DNA from: Sedimentisphaeraceae bacterium JB056
GTDB lineage: Bacteria > Planctomycetota > Phycisphaerae > Sedimentisphaerales > Sedimentisphaeraceae
DNA: 64,000 nucleotides
Assembly (NCBI GenBank): GCA_044440125.1
Contig: JBITAJ010000008.1
Coordinates: forward strand, 32,001 to 96,000
Reading direction: 5' to 3'
Part shown: positions 40,825 through 50,344 of the stretch, piece after piece
Layout of the letters: every line of letters starts with the position of its first letter
How positions within the stretch are numbered: position 1 is the stretch's first letter
Translations under genes and position numbers: made by a program
The notes under the pieces: generated by a model
What the model saw: the letters and a program-made list of their open reading frames with translations, nothing else
Told to the model about the DNA's origin: nothing
The model's database searches: none

Positions 40825-42024
40825 TCAGTTAATCATATCAAGTACATAAGCCAGGTCTTTGTCCCCTCTTCCTGAGAGACAAACAAGAATCGTATGATCA
40901 CTGCTTTTACCTGCGGCTTCTTTCATTGCTTGAGCCAAAGCATGTGAACTTTCCAATGCTGGTATAATTCCTTCAAGACGGCTAAGCATAACAAATGCAT
41001 TAAGAGCTTCTTTGTCAGTTATTGATTCATAACGCACGCGACCAATATCTTTGAGCAACGAATGTTCCGGGCCAACACCTGGATAATCAAGACCGGCAGA
41101 AACTGAATGAGCCTCTTTAACCATGCCATTCTCATCCTGAAGGATATAAGATTTCGAACCATGAAGAACACCTATAGAACCCTGCCCAAGTGTTACGGCA
41201 TGCTTACCCGTTTCGATACCCTTGCCCGCAGCCTCGACACCAACAATATCAACGTCAATATCATTGAGAAACTCATAGAAAAGTCCCATGGCATTACTTC
41301 CACCGCCTACACATGCTATCAAACAATCAGGCAATCCACCGGCAAGTTCATTAAACTGCTGCTTTGCTTCATGACCTATAATCTTCTGGAAGTCCCTAAC
41401 CATCGCCGGATACGGGTGAGGACCAGCAACAGAACCGATTACATAAAAAGTGTCTTCGCTTGTAGCTGCCCAGTATCTAATAGCCCCATTCATCGCATCT
41501 TTTAATGTACCAGTACCGCTTTCAATTGGTACTACTTCAGCACCAAGCAATTCCATTCGCTGAACATTCGGCTGCTGCCTGCGGATATCCTCAACTCCCA
41601 TAAACACCTTGCATTCAAGCCCAAAAAGAGCTGCAGTCGTAGCAGTAGCAACACCATGCTGTCCGGCTCCAGTCTCAGCAATAACCTTTTTCTTGCCCAT
41701 ATACTTAGCCAGCAGTACTTGGCCGATTGTGTTATTTACTTTGTGTGCGCCAGTATGATTAAGATCTTCACGCTTGAGATATATCTTAGAACCGCCGATA
41801 TATTCAGTGAGTCTCTGTGCATAATATACAGGCGAAGGCCTTCCGACATAATGTTTAAGCAGATACTGATATTCAGCCATAAACTTTTCGTCATTGATAT
41901 ATTTTTTATAAGCATCATCCAGTTCTATCAAAGATTCCATTAATGTTTCGCCTACATAACGTCCGCCATGTACACCGAAATGACCTTTTGAATCCGGGTA
42001 TTTTTTGAAATCGTCTTTACTCAT
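40825..42024 (-). CDS. trpB: Tryptophan synthase beta chain
   Basis: [16 protein letters not shown] (PLP Lys), [37 protein letters not shown]. Confidence 0.97.
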   Translation of the reverse strand: MSKDDFKKYPDSKGHFGVHGGRYVGETLMESLIELDDAYKKYINDEKFMAEYQYLLKHYVGRPSPVYYAQRLTEYIGGSKIYLKREDLNHTGAHKVNNTIGQVLLAKYMGKKKVIAETGAGQHGVATATTAALFGLECKVFMGVEDIRRQQPNVQRMELLGAEVVPIESGTGTLKDAMNGAIRYWAATSEDTFYVIGSVAGPHPYPAMVRDFQKIIGHEAKQQFNELAGGLPDCLIACVGGGSNAMGLFYEFLNDIDVDIVGVEAAGKGIETGKHAVTLGQGSIGVLHGSKSYILQDENGMVKEAHSVSAGLDYPGVGPEHSLLKDIGRVRYESITDKEALNAFVMLSRLEGIIPALESSHALAQAMKEAAGKSSDHTILVCLSGRGDKDLAYVLDMIN

Positions 42025-42683
42025 TTAAATATCCTTTTAACTTCCCTTTTCAGGTTTGTATTTTTTGATTGCTCTATAAATTCTTTAACTAATCCCATAT
42101 CTTTTATGCCGGGTTCTTTCTCAAGTGCGCTGCTGACATCTACAGCGTCAGCCTGTGATGAGATGATTGCCTCAGATACATTTTCACAGTTCAATCCCCC
42201 GGCCAGTATAAATGGATGCTTTCCACTGATACTGCTGCTTTGACTCCAGTTCCATTTTGCGCCATTGCCTCCGGGAAGTTCTCCCTTGCCGCATTCGACA
42301 AGCAGTGCATAGCAATCTGAAAAACCATCTGCCAATTCAACGAGTCTCTCACCAGAAGCATTCACATGCTTAATTGATCTGAGGCCCGCCTTTCTGAGAC
42401 GATTGATATATTCAGCATCTTCATTTCCATGAAGTTGGAAAGTACTTATGCCAGTTATCATAGCAGTACATAAAAGCTCGTCTATCGGCATATCAACAGT
42501 AACAGCAACAGGTATAGCCAATCCGTTAATACTTTCAGCGATTCGTCCTGCAACTATTGCGGAGATATTCCTGGGACTTTTGTCATAGAAGACCATACCT
42601 ATTGCATCAGCGCCGAGCTTTGCGCATTCAATTGCCTGTGAGCTGCTTGTAATGCCGCAAATTTTGACCTGTGGAACATTCAT
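42021..42683 (-). CDS. trpF: Phosphoribosylanthranilate isomerase
   Basis: [36 protein letters not shown]. Confidence 0.95.
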   Translation of the reverse strand: MNVPQVKICGITSSSQAIECAKLGADAIGMVFYDKSPRNISAIVAGRIAESINGLAIPVAVTVDMPIDELLCTAMITGISTFQLHGNEDAEYINRLRKAGLRSIKHVNASGERLVELADGFSDCYALLVECGKGELPGGNGAKWNWSQSSSISGKHPFILAGGLNCENVSEAIISSQADAVDVSSALEKEPGIKDMGLVKEFIEQSKNTNLKREVKRIFK

Positions 42684-43474
42684 TTTGCAGTACCTCTTAG
42701 TTGTTTTATGAATTGTTCAGGGTTGCCGCTGCGTACAATACTTTCACCAACGAGAAAATTACTAATACCATAAGCTTTATTCAATTCGATATCAACAGGG
42801 CTTTCTATACCGCTTGCCGCAACAGGAGTCTGGAACCCCTTAAGCAGTGATGATATACTTATGGCATGTTTGATGCTCGTATCAAAATTCTTTAAATTTC
42901 GATTATTGATTCCTATAAATGTAGCCTCAGCATCTATCGCTTTTTTGACATCATCTTCAGAATAAACCTCGACAAGACAATCAAGTGACAGACTGTCAGC
43001 AAGCCTCATGAAATCTCTTAATTGATTAAGCTCAAGACATCTTACTATCAGGAGAATAGCATCGGCTCCAATTGCAGCGGACTCATATATTTGATACTCG
43101 CTAATTATAAAATCTTTACGGAGTACCGGAATCTCAACTGCTGCTTTAACTGCTTTCAAATCATCAATACTGCCCTTGAAGAAATCAGGTTCGGTCAAAA
43201 CTGATATAGCTGCTGCGCCGCCCTTTTCGTAACTCTCAGCCATTTTGGCGGGATCAAGATCAATGCATATATCCCCTTTTGATGGAGATGCTCTTTTTAT
43301 CTCAGCAATTATGTTTATCGCATTGTACTCTTTCGAAAAATTCTCAAGAAAACGTGATTCTACAATTCTGTTTTCAGCAATCTTTTTCACCTTGGATAAC
43401 GGCATGGAGTCCTGAGCTGTTTTAACCTGGACCTTCTTGGCTTCAATTATTTTTGATAGAATATCACTACTCAT
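42680..43474 (-). CDS. trpC: Indole-3-glycerol phosphate synthase
   Basis: IAEIKRASPSKG, ISVLTE, VLRKDFI, GADAILLI, GINNRNL. Confidence 0.96.
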   Translation of the reverse strand: MSSDILSKIIEAKKVQVKTAQDSMPLSKVKKIAENRIVESRFLENFSKEYNAINIIAEIKRASPSKGDICIDLDPAKMAESYEKGGAAAISVLTEPDFFKGSIDDLKAVKAAVEIPVLRKDFIISEYQIYESAAIGADAILLIVRCLELNQLRDFMRLADSLSLDCLVEVYSEDDVKKAIDAEATFIGINNRNLKNFDTSIKHAISISSLLKGFQTPVAASGIESPVDIELNKAYGISNFLVGESIVRSGNPEQFIKQLRGTAK

Positions 43475-44478
43475 TTTACAAACTCCACGAGCTCGTTAAG
43501 TTTAGCAGAAGCCTTGCCCTGATCCAGTACATCACAAGCTGTCTTCAAACCTTCATCAAGATTCTTTGCTTTACCTCCGGCAACTATTGCTGCTGCTGCA
43601 TTGATTGCTACTATATTTCTCTGCGGCCCTTTTTTGCCTGAAAAAATATCCTCAATAATGCCGGCATTTATATCCGCATCACCGCCAACAAGAGTATCCG
43701 GTTCAGAATACTGCGAAAAATATTTTTCAGGATAGATGTCATACGTTTTTATATGGCCATTGTTAAGCTCGCTAACCCTTGTATTGTCGCATATTGTTAT
43801 CTCATCAAGACCATCATGACCATGTACAACAAAAGCACGTTTACATCCTAATTGATTAAGTGCCTGTGCAAACATTTCCGTAAGCTGTGGTTTGTATACT
43901 CCAAGCAATTGGCAGCTTGCAGCCGCAGGATTTGTAAGTGGTCCCAGCATATTGAATATGCTTCTTATTCCAACTTCACGTCGGGCAGGTGCAGCATATT
44001 TCATTGCACCATGAAATTTTGGAGCAAACATAAAACCAATCCCTATTTCGTTTACGGCCATCTCTACAGTTTCTGGATCAACCTCAAGATTTACGCCAAG
44101 TTTTTCGAGCACATCAGCGCTGCCACATTTGCTTGACACACTTCTGTTTCCATGCTTAGCAACCGTGATCCCGGCACCGGCAACAACAAAGGCTGCGGCA
44201 GTTGAAATATTAAATGTATTTAGGCCATCACCACCTGTACCGCAAGTATCCACAACGGTTGAGCTCAAGGTCTGCAGCTTAGCGGCCTTGCTCCTCATGG
44301 CAGTAGCTGCACCGGCAAGCTCTTCATAAGTCTCGCCTTTAATAGCCATTGCAGTTATAAAAGCAGCTATCTGTGCATCAGTTAATTTGCCTGATAGAAT
44401 ATCATTTATCATTCCTGCAGATTCACGACTATTCAAGTTTTGCCCATCCATCACTTTTAGAAGAAGTTCTTTATACAT
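43471..44478 (-). CDS. trpD: Anthranilate phosphoribosyltransferase
   Basis: DTCGTGGDG..TFNIST, KHGNRSVSSKCGSADVLE, FNMLGPLTNP, GLDEI. Confidence 0.96.
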   Translation of the reverse strand: MYKELLLKVMDGQNLNSRESAGMINDILSGKLTDAQIAAFITAMAIKGETYEELAGAATAMRSKAAKLQTLSSTVVDTCGTGGDGLNTFNISTAAAFVVAGAGITVAKHGNRSVSSKCGSADVLEKLGVNLEVDPETVEMAVNEIGIGFMFAPKFHGAMKYAAPARREVGIRSIFNMLGPLTNPAAASCQLLGVYKPQLTEMFAQALNQLGCKRAFVVHGHDGLDEITICDNTRVSELNNGHIKTYDIYPEKYFSQYSEPDTLVGGDADINAGIIEDIFSGKKGPQRNIVAINAAAAIVAGGKAKNLDEGLKTACDVLDQGKASAKLNELVEFVK

Positions 44479-45067
44479 CTTTAGACTCCTTTTTCACCTT
44501 ATGGCTCATTTCAAGGAAATTGCGTAAAAGTTTCTTGCCCATTGGGCTCATTATAGATTCAGGATGAAACTGAACCCCCTCAGTCAGATGAGTTTTGTGG
44601 CGAAGCCCCATTATTTCTCCGTCCTCACTTCTCGCTGTTACGACGAGCTCATCAGGAACGCTTTCTTGATCAACCACGAGAGAATGATACCTCATCGCCT
44701 TGAAAGGTTTATTGATCCCAGAGTAAACTCCTTTTCCATCACTTTCTATCATTGATGTCTTGCCGTGCATAAGCTTCTTGGCATTAATTATACGGCCGCC
44801 AAAAGCCTGTCCAATTGTCTGATGACCAAGACAAACTCCAAGCAATGGCAGACGCCCGGAAAATGTTTTCACCACTTCCAGAGATATACCAGCTTGATCT
44901 GGATTACCAGGGCCCGGCGAAATTATAATCGCTTCAGGAGAAAGTTTTTCAATCTCTTCTATTGTAATTTTATCATTACGTATCACTACCGTATCTTCAT
45001 GCAGCTCTCGTACATACTGCGAAAGATTGTATGTAAATGAGTCATAGTTATCTATTATAAGTATCAT
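44471..45067 (-). CDS. trpG: Anthranilate synthase component II (glutamine amidotransferase)
   Basis: IDNYDSFTYNL, SPGPG, GVCLGHQ, RYHSL, QFHPES. Confidence 0.95.
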   Translation of the reverse strand: MILIIDNYDSFTYNLSQYVRELHEDTVVIRNDKITIEEIEKLSPEAIIISPGPGNPDQAGISLEVVKTFSGRLPLLGVCLGHQTIGQAFGGRIINAKKLMHGKTSMIESDGKGVYSGINKPFKAMRYHSLVVDQESVPDELVVTARSEDGEIMGLRHKTHLTEGVQFHPESIMSPMGKKLLRNFLEMSHKVKKESKDV

Positions 45068-45105
45068 ATTTTTACTCCGTAAAGTTTTATTCGTTTACCA
45101 CAGGT

Positions 45106-46590
45106 TTACATAATGTCATTTACAAACTGCAATGCTCTTTGAATTGACATTGACTTGTTAACCGTCTCAACATACTCAGCTTCGGGATTCGAGTCGGCCA
45201 CGATTCCTGCTCCCGCCTGAATGGTAAGTTTGCCATCTTCAACTGTAGCGGTCCTTATAGTAATAGCCATATCCATATTACCATTGAATGCAATGTAACC
45301 AACGCATCCACCGTAAGGCCCTCTTGCAAACTCTTCATACTCGGCTATAAGTTCCATAGCTCGCACCTTTGGAGCTCCGGAAAGCGTACCGGCGGGGAAT
45401 ACCGCCTTTATAAGATCATAAGCATCCTTGTCTGGCTCCATGTCACAAACTACATTTGAAACAAGATGCATTACGTGTGAATACCTTTCTACTACCATAA
45501 GATCTGTAACCTGAACGGTGCCTGTTTGTGCCATTCTTCCAAGATCATTCCTTCCAAGGTCGACAAGCATAAGGTGCTCTGCTCTTTCTTTTTCATCAGC
45601 AAGCAGCTCATCTGCAAGATTTCTATCCTGCTGTTCGTTTGCTCCCCTTGGACGTGTTCCTGCAATAGGACGAACTGAAGCCAGTCCATTTTCAAGCCTC
45701 ACCATTGTTTCAGGTGAGGAACCTATAAGAGTACGGTCGTCAATATCCATAAAAAACATATACGGCGAAGGATTTATATAACGCTGTGCCCTGTACAGAG
45801 AGATCAGATTAGCAGGAGCATCACATATGAATGGCTGAGATATAACAGTTTGTATTACATCACCTGCATATATATGCTCTTTGATCTTCTCTACTTTATG
45901 CATATAATCTTTTGGAGAGAAAAAGGCCCTAAGGTTCATATCCTCTGTCCCATCCTTCGCCGCTGGCGAACTATGCGGTTCTTTTATTAACTCTCTTATA
46001 GCCTCAAGGTTTTCACATGCCTGTTCATAAACCTGATTTACATCAGAGCCCTCTTCAATGTATGCCAACTCAACACATTTCAATGTATGTCTTGTATTGT
46101 CAAATATCAGCACTGTCTCTGGCACCATAAAAGCTGCAAGAGATTTAGCCGGAGCAAGTTTATTGTTTATTTTTTCAAAGAAGCTTACCATTTCATAAGT
46201 GAAATATCCAACGAAGCCGGCAGTTAGTCTTGGTATTTGCTCAAATTCCATTATTTTATAACGTGATGACACCTCACGCATAACTTCAAACGGGTCACCG
46301 TTATGAGATATTTTCTCTATTTCACCATTTTTTTCGATTTCAACGTGTTCACGGAATATGCGAAGTTTCATCCTGGCGCCAATACCAAGAAAGCTGTACC
46401 TGCCCCATCTGTCACCACCCTCAACACTTTCAAGGAGAAACATGTTACCCTTATTCTGGGTATATATTTTCTCAAGTATAGACACCGGCGTCTCGGTATC
46501 TGCAAGTATTTCTGAGCATATCGGCACAATATTGTGACTGCTTGATGCCTTCAAAAAATCTTCTTTCTCAGGGAATAAATTTAATCGCAT
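45106..46590 (-). CDS. trpE: Anthranilate synthase component I
   Basis: LLESVEGG..GRYSF, NPSPYMF, GSSPE, PIAGTRPRG, AEHLMLVDLGRND, PAGTLSGAPK. Confidence 0.96.
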   Translation of the reverse strand: MRLNLFPEKEDFLKASSSHNIVPICSEILADTETPVSILEKIYTQNKGNMFLLESVEGGDRWGRYSFLGIGARMKLRIFREHVEIEKNGEIEKISHNGDPFEVMREVSSRYKIMEFEQIPRLTAGFVGYFTYEMVSFFEKINNKLAPAKSLAAFMVPETVLIFDNTRHTLKCVELAYIEEGSDVNQVYEQACENLEAIRELIKEPHSSPAAKDGTEDMNLRAFFSPKDYMHKVEKIKEHIYAGDVIQTVISQPFICDAPANLISLYRAQRYINPSPYMFFMDIDDRTLIGSSPETMVRLENGLASVRPIAGTRPRGANEQQDRNLADELLADEKERAEHLMLVDLGRNDLGRMAQTGTVQVTDLMVVERYSHVMHLVSNVVCDMEPDKDAYDLIKAVFPAGTLSGAPKVRAMELIAEYEEFARGPYGGCVGYIAFNGNMDMAITIRTATVEDGKLTIQAGAGIVADSNPEAEYVETVNKSMSIQRALQFVNDIM

Positions 46591-46633
46591 AATATCACTT
46601 TCTATTACTAAAAACCTATAATTTGTACAATTT

Positions 46634-46674
46634 AATAAAAAACAGCCGTAAGTTTCATTTACTTACGGCTGTTT
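46634..46674 (-). terminator. Second terminator-like hairpin in the trp leader
   Basis: Perfect 14-bp stem AAACAGCCGTAAGT/ACTTACGGCTGTTT (46640-46674), 7-nt loop, T-tract on the minus strand. Confidence 0.6.
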
Positions 46675-46680
46675 AAAAAC

Positions 46681-46768
46681 AAAAAAACCGCAAGCCTGTG
46701 AACAGCCTGCGGTCTTGCTTATATCTTACTCAACAAAATAGACAACCCAGGTGCTCACAGTTCACTGT
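46681..46768 (-). promoter_or_regulatory. trp transcription attenuator (pause, antiterminator and terminator hairpins)
   Basis: Terminator ACCGCAGGCTGTTCACAGGCTTGCGGT-TTTTTT; CTGTGAGCA.CCTG can pair with CAGG.TGTTCACAG (antiterminator); CACAG-TGAA-CTGTG pause hairpin. Confidence 0.85.
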
Positions 46769-46817
46769 GCCACCACCAAAGGTTGTTAAAACTAAATTTT
46801 GTTGTTTCTTTTAACAT
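46755..46817 (-). CDS. trpL: trp operon leader peptide MLKETTKFSFNNLWWWHSEL
   Basis: 20-aa ORF with three tandem TGG codons directly upstream of attenuator hairpins and trpE; absent from the ORF track. Confidence 0.92.
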   Translation of the reverse strand: MLKETTKFSFNNLWWWHSEL

Positions 46818-46932
46818 ATCTATCTCAATTTATACTGCAACGTTTCTATGTATAGAAACATATTATCATCAAATAAAAGAGATTTCAACCTCAAATTTAT
46901 AAAAAAGTGCATTTTTTGTTAATTTAATATCG

Positions 46933-47772
46933 TCAAAATATCAAATCGCTCTTGGATGCGATGTTTTTCAGTTCATTAAGCTCCATTGCGTTAAGCATTC
47001 TCGGCCCCTTGAATACCTTAAGCATAAGATCAAGCAACTCTTTATGACTGGGTGACATAGCGACTGCAACACCTTGGTTAAGAGTCCAGTTTATTGCAAG
47101 TTCTGCAACATGCTCATCGTCAATCGGCTCATACCAGCATTTGGGATATTTCTTTTTTGCTTCTTCATTTGGCCATTTGCCTTTGGCAAGAGTTTTCAGC
47201 GCAAGTATCCCCATATCGCGACTTCTTGCCTCTTTAAGAACATCAAGTTCAAAGCTTTTTTCAAAATGCAGATTAAAATTCACAGGGTAAAGTATAGTAT
47301 CGAAATCGAACTTAGCCATTGCAGCCAATGCCGCTTTCGGTGAATGTGCAGAAAAGCCTATATTACGTATAATACCTGCTTTTTGCGCATCAAGTACTAC
47401 TTCCATTGCCCCACCTTTAGCAAAAATAGCCTCAACATCCTTTTCAACATCAGTTAACGCATGAAACTGAAACACATCAAAATAGTCGGTTCTAAGATTT
47501 ATAAGTGACTGATCTAATGTTTCTTTTGCGCCTTTAGCATCACGAATATGTGTTTTACAGGCAAGATTAACATCTTTTCTAAATGGTTCTAAAGCAGGCC
47601 CCAGCTTGACCTCGGCATCTCCATATGCTGGAGCTACATCAAAATAATTAATCCCTCTGCTCACTGCGTTTTCAACAGATTTTGCAGCCTCTTCAGGCTC
47701 TGAATTCATAACAATGATACCACCAAATCCAATGGATGATACCATAAGCTCTGTTTTCCCAAGTCTGTTCAT
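46933..47772 (-). CDS. Aldo/keto reductase
   Basis: RLGKTELMVSSIGFGG, GINYFDVAPAYG, ACKT, LRTDYFDVFQFH, IGFSAH. Confidence 0.9.
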   Translation of the reverse strand: MNRLGKTELMVSSIGFGGIIVMNSEPEEAAKSVENAVSRGINYFDVAPAYGDAEVKLGPALEPFRKDVNLACKTHIRDAKGAKETLDQSLINLRTDYFDVFQFHALTDVEKDVEAIFAKGGAMEVVLDAQKAGIIRNIGFSAHSPKAALAAMAKFDFDTILYPVNFNLHFEKSFELDVLKEARSRDMGILALKTLAKGKWPNEEAKKKYPKCWYEPIDDEHVAELAINWTLNQGVAVAMSPSHKELLDLMLKVFKGPRMLNAMELNELKNIASKSDLIF

Positions 47773-48072
47773 TTTTCTCTCTTTCTAAACTTAACACTTT
47801 CTTGCAATCAGATTGGACGATTAAAATAGATACAATATCGCTCCCTACTTCACTGCATTATACAACTTATACCCAATATGAACAATATAAATGCACTAAT
47901 ATTAATCAATATCATCAGTTTGAGCCAATTCCCCAAAAAACTTTATCAGCAAGATAGTTATAGTTTTGAGCCGTTTGGTTAAAGATTGAAAAGATTATTT
48001 ATCTAATCTATATGACAGTTAACGAATTTAACTGTTTTAGGATTAGAAATGTAAATGTAAAATGGAGTAAAA

Positions 48073-49128
48073 ATGGATACTAAAGAGCAAATGAAGCCTA
48101 TCGAAAGAGTTGTTGCAGCACTGAATCATAAACAAGCCGACAGAGTCCCTGTATATCCTTTATTGAATGGGGTCGGACGATCTCTGGTTGGTGCAGGCTA
48201 CAAGAAATGGGCGACAGACGCTGAAACTTGCGCAGAAGCTTACATAAAAGTTACTGACGAAATTGAGCCGGATTGCATATGTACGCTTACAGATCTATCG
48301 GTTGAGGCCGGTGATTTTGGACAAAAAATCATATATCCGGAGACTGAAGCAGCACATCCTGATATCCATGACAGACTTATAAAAAACGTAGATGATTTTG
48401 CCGGTATTAAGAAGATCAACCCACGAACATCTCCCCGTATGAGTACCCATATTCAGCTCTGCGACAAACTGGTCAAAGCTAAAGGTGCTGATTATCCAAT
48501 AGCCGCATTTGTATTTGGCCCACTTGGTATAGCCAGCATGCTTCGTGACCAAGCCGCCCTTTACATGGATATATACGACAAGCCGGACTTGGTTAAATCT
48601 GCAGTTGAACAAATAAACGAAACATTGATAGACTATTGTGATGCACTTATTGAAACAGGCGTTCATGCGATAATGATTGATACTCTTTTTGCATCAAAAT
48701 CTATCATGAGCAAAGACATGTGGCTGGAATTTGAAGGCGGATTCGTAAGAAAACTTGCCGATCATATCCACAGCAAAGGCTGCATGGTAATGATACATAA
48801 TTGCGGCTGCGGGGTATATTTTGATGTGCAGATAGAAACTATGAAGCCTGAGGCTATCTCATTCCTGCATGTGCCTGATGACTGTGAATCTTATGCTGAT
48901 GCCAAGGCTAAATATGGCAGCAAAACTACACTTATAGGAGCCATTGATCCAACCTGGCTCCCGCAGGCATCAACTCAAGAACTTGAAGAAAAATGCAAGG
49001 AGCACATCGATATCTTTAAAAAAGATGGTGGTTATGTACTTGCCACAGGCTGTGAATACCCGGCGAATCTTGATTTAGATCACGCCAGAACAATGGTTAA
49101 AATGGCTAAGACATACGGCAAATATTGA
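48073..49128 (+). CDS. MtaA/CmuA-type methyltransferase (URO-D superfamily)
   Basis: ADRVPVYP, DLSVEA..FG, GPLGIA, putative Zn ligands IHNCG and ATGCEYP; SD GGAG. Confidence 0.75.
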   Translation: MDTKEQMKPIERVVAALNHKQADRVPVYPLLNGVGRSLVGAGYKKWATDAETCAEAYIKVTDEIEPDCICTLTDLSVEAGDFGQKIIYPETEAAHPDIHDRLIKNVDDFAGIKKINPRTSPRMSTHIQLCDKLVKAKGADYPIAAFVFGPLGIASMLRDQAALYMDIYDKPDLVKSAVEQINETLIDYCDALIETGVHAIMIDTLFASKSIMSKDMWLEFEGGFVRKLADHIHSKGCMVMIHNCGCGVYFDVQIETMKPEAISFLHVPDDCESYADAKAKYGSKTTLIGAIDPTWLPQASTQELEEKCKEHIDIFKKDGGYVLATGCEYPANLDLDHARTMVKMAKTYGKY

Positions 49129-49155
49129 CACATAGCAATCGGTAATATTTTTGCT

Positions 49156-49190
49156 AAGCCGTCAACAGTCAGACTGTTGACGGCTTTTTA
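49156..49190 (+). terminator. Intrinsic terminator
   Basis: 15-bp inverted repeat AAGCCGTCAACAGTC/GACTGTTGACGGCTT ending in a T run. Confidence 0.8.
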
Positions 49191-49295
49191 TATACGCAAT
49201 TTTCCGCATCATAATAAAAATCTTGACTGCCGCTGAAAATATCTTAGGATTATCGCAAGAAATACAGAAGATTTTAACATTTACGGTTATCTGTA

Positions 49296-50330
49296 ATGAA
49301 ATATCAGGAAAATACCATAATACACGGAAATTGCATCGAGACATTCGGTTCTATGGAACCTTTTGCCGATCTGGTCTTCGCCGACCCACCGTTCAATATT
49401 GGATACGAATACGACAAATACCATGACAAGATAGGAAAAGAAGCATATCTTGAATGGACAAAAGACTGGATGAGTGCATGTTGCGGCATACTAAAACCTA
49501 ACGGTTCTTTTTATATCGCGATAGGTGATGATTATGCTGCAAATGTCAAGGTTATTGCTGACGAACTTGGGCTTAACATGCGAAACTGGATAATCTGGCA
49601 CTACACCTTCGGTCAGCAGACAAAAGCAAAATTTGCCCGCTCACATACGCATATCTTTTATTTCACAAAAGACACAGACAACTTCACCTTTAATGACAAT
49701 GCCGTCCGCGTTCCATCCGACAGACAGCTTATATACAACGATAAGCGAGCCAACAATGCCGGCAAGCTCCCCGATGACACGTGGAATGAGTTTTCCCGCG
49801 TCTGCGGCACTTTCAAAGAGCGTGAAGGCTGGCACCCATGTCAAATGCCAGAAGTTCTGCTCGCACGAATAATTGCATCAAGCAGTAACCCCGGCGACAT
49901 CGTAGTCGATCCGTTCATGGGCTCTGGTACAACAGCCGCAACAGCCTTGAAACTCGGCAGAAAATATTTTGGCACAGACATAAGCGAAAACTACGTTGAA
50001 AACATCGGAAAAAGGCTTGAAAAAATTAAAAAGCAAATTGCCGCCCCTACCGGCTGCCAATTGAACTATACAGAATTATTTGAGCTTCAGCGATACTGCA
50101 TAGAAATCAAGCACGCACCAAGTGATATCATTTCAAAACAGCAACTTATCTCACTTACTGTCAAAATGTTTTCAAACCGAATAGCCGGCGATAGAAATTT
50201 CACAGAGGAACAAATACTTCAGGCTCTTAGGCTGATTGAACAAAACGGACTGAGTGAATATATCTGCATAAAACCACTGAAAAAGCAGAAAAAGACAAAG
50301 AAAAAAGACCCCAAAGGGCTATTCCAATAA
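49296..50330 (+). CDS. Site-specific N6A/N4C DNA methyltransferase, beta class, orphan
   Basis: Motif IV FADPPFN precedes HPCQMP and motif I DPFMGSGTT; no restriction endonuclease adjacent. Confidence 0.9.
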   Translation: MKYQENTIIHGNCIETFGSMEPFADLVFADPPFNIGYEYDKYHDKIGKEAYLEWTKDWMSACCGILKPNGSFYIAIGDDYAANVKVIADELGLNMRNWIIWHYTFGQQTKAKFARSHTHIFYFTKDTDNFTFNDNAVRVPSDRQLIYNDKRANNAGKLPDDTWNEFSRVCGTFKEREGWHPCQMPEVLLARIIASSSNPGDIVVDPFMGSGTTAATALKLGRKYFGTDISENYVENIGKRLEKIKKQIAAPTGCQLNYTELFELQRYCIEIKHAPSDIISKQQLISLTVKMFSNRIAGDRNFTEEQILQALRLIEQNGLSEYICIKPLKKQKKTKKKDPKGLFQ

Positions 50331-50344
50331 ACAAGTAAGACACG

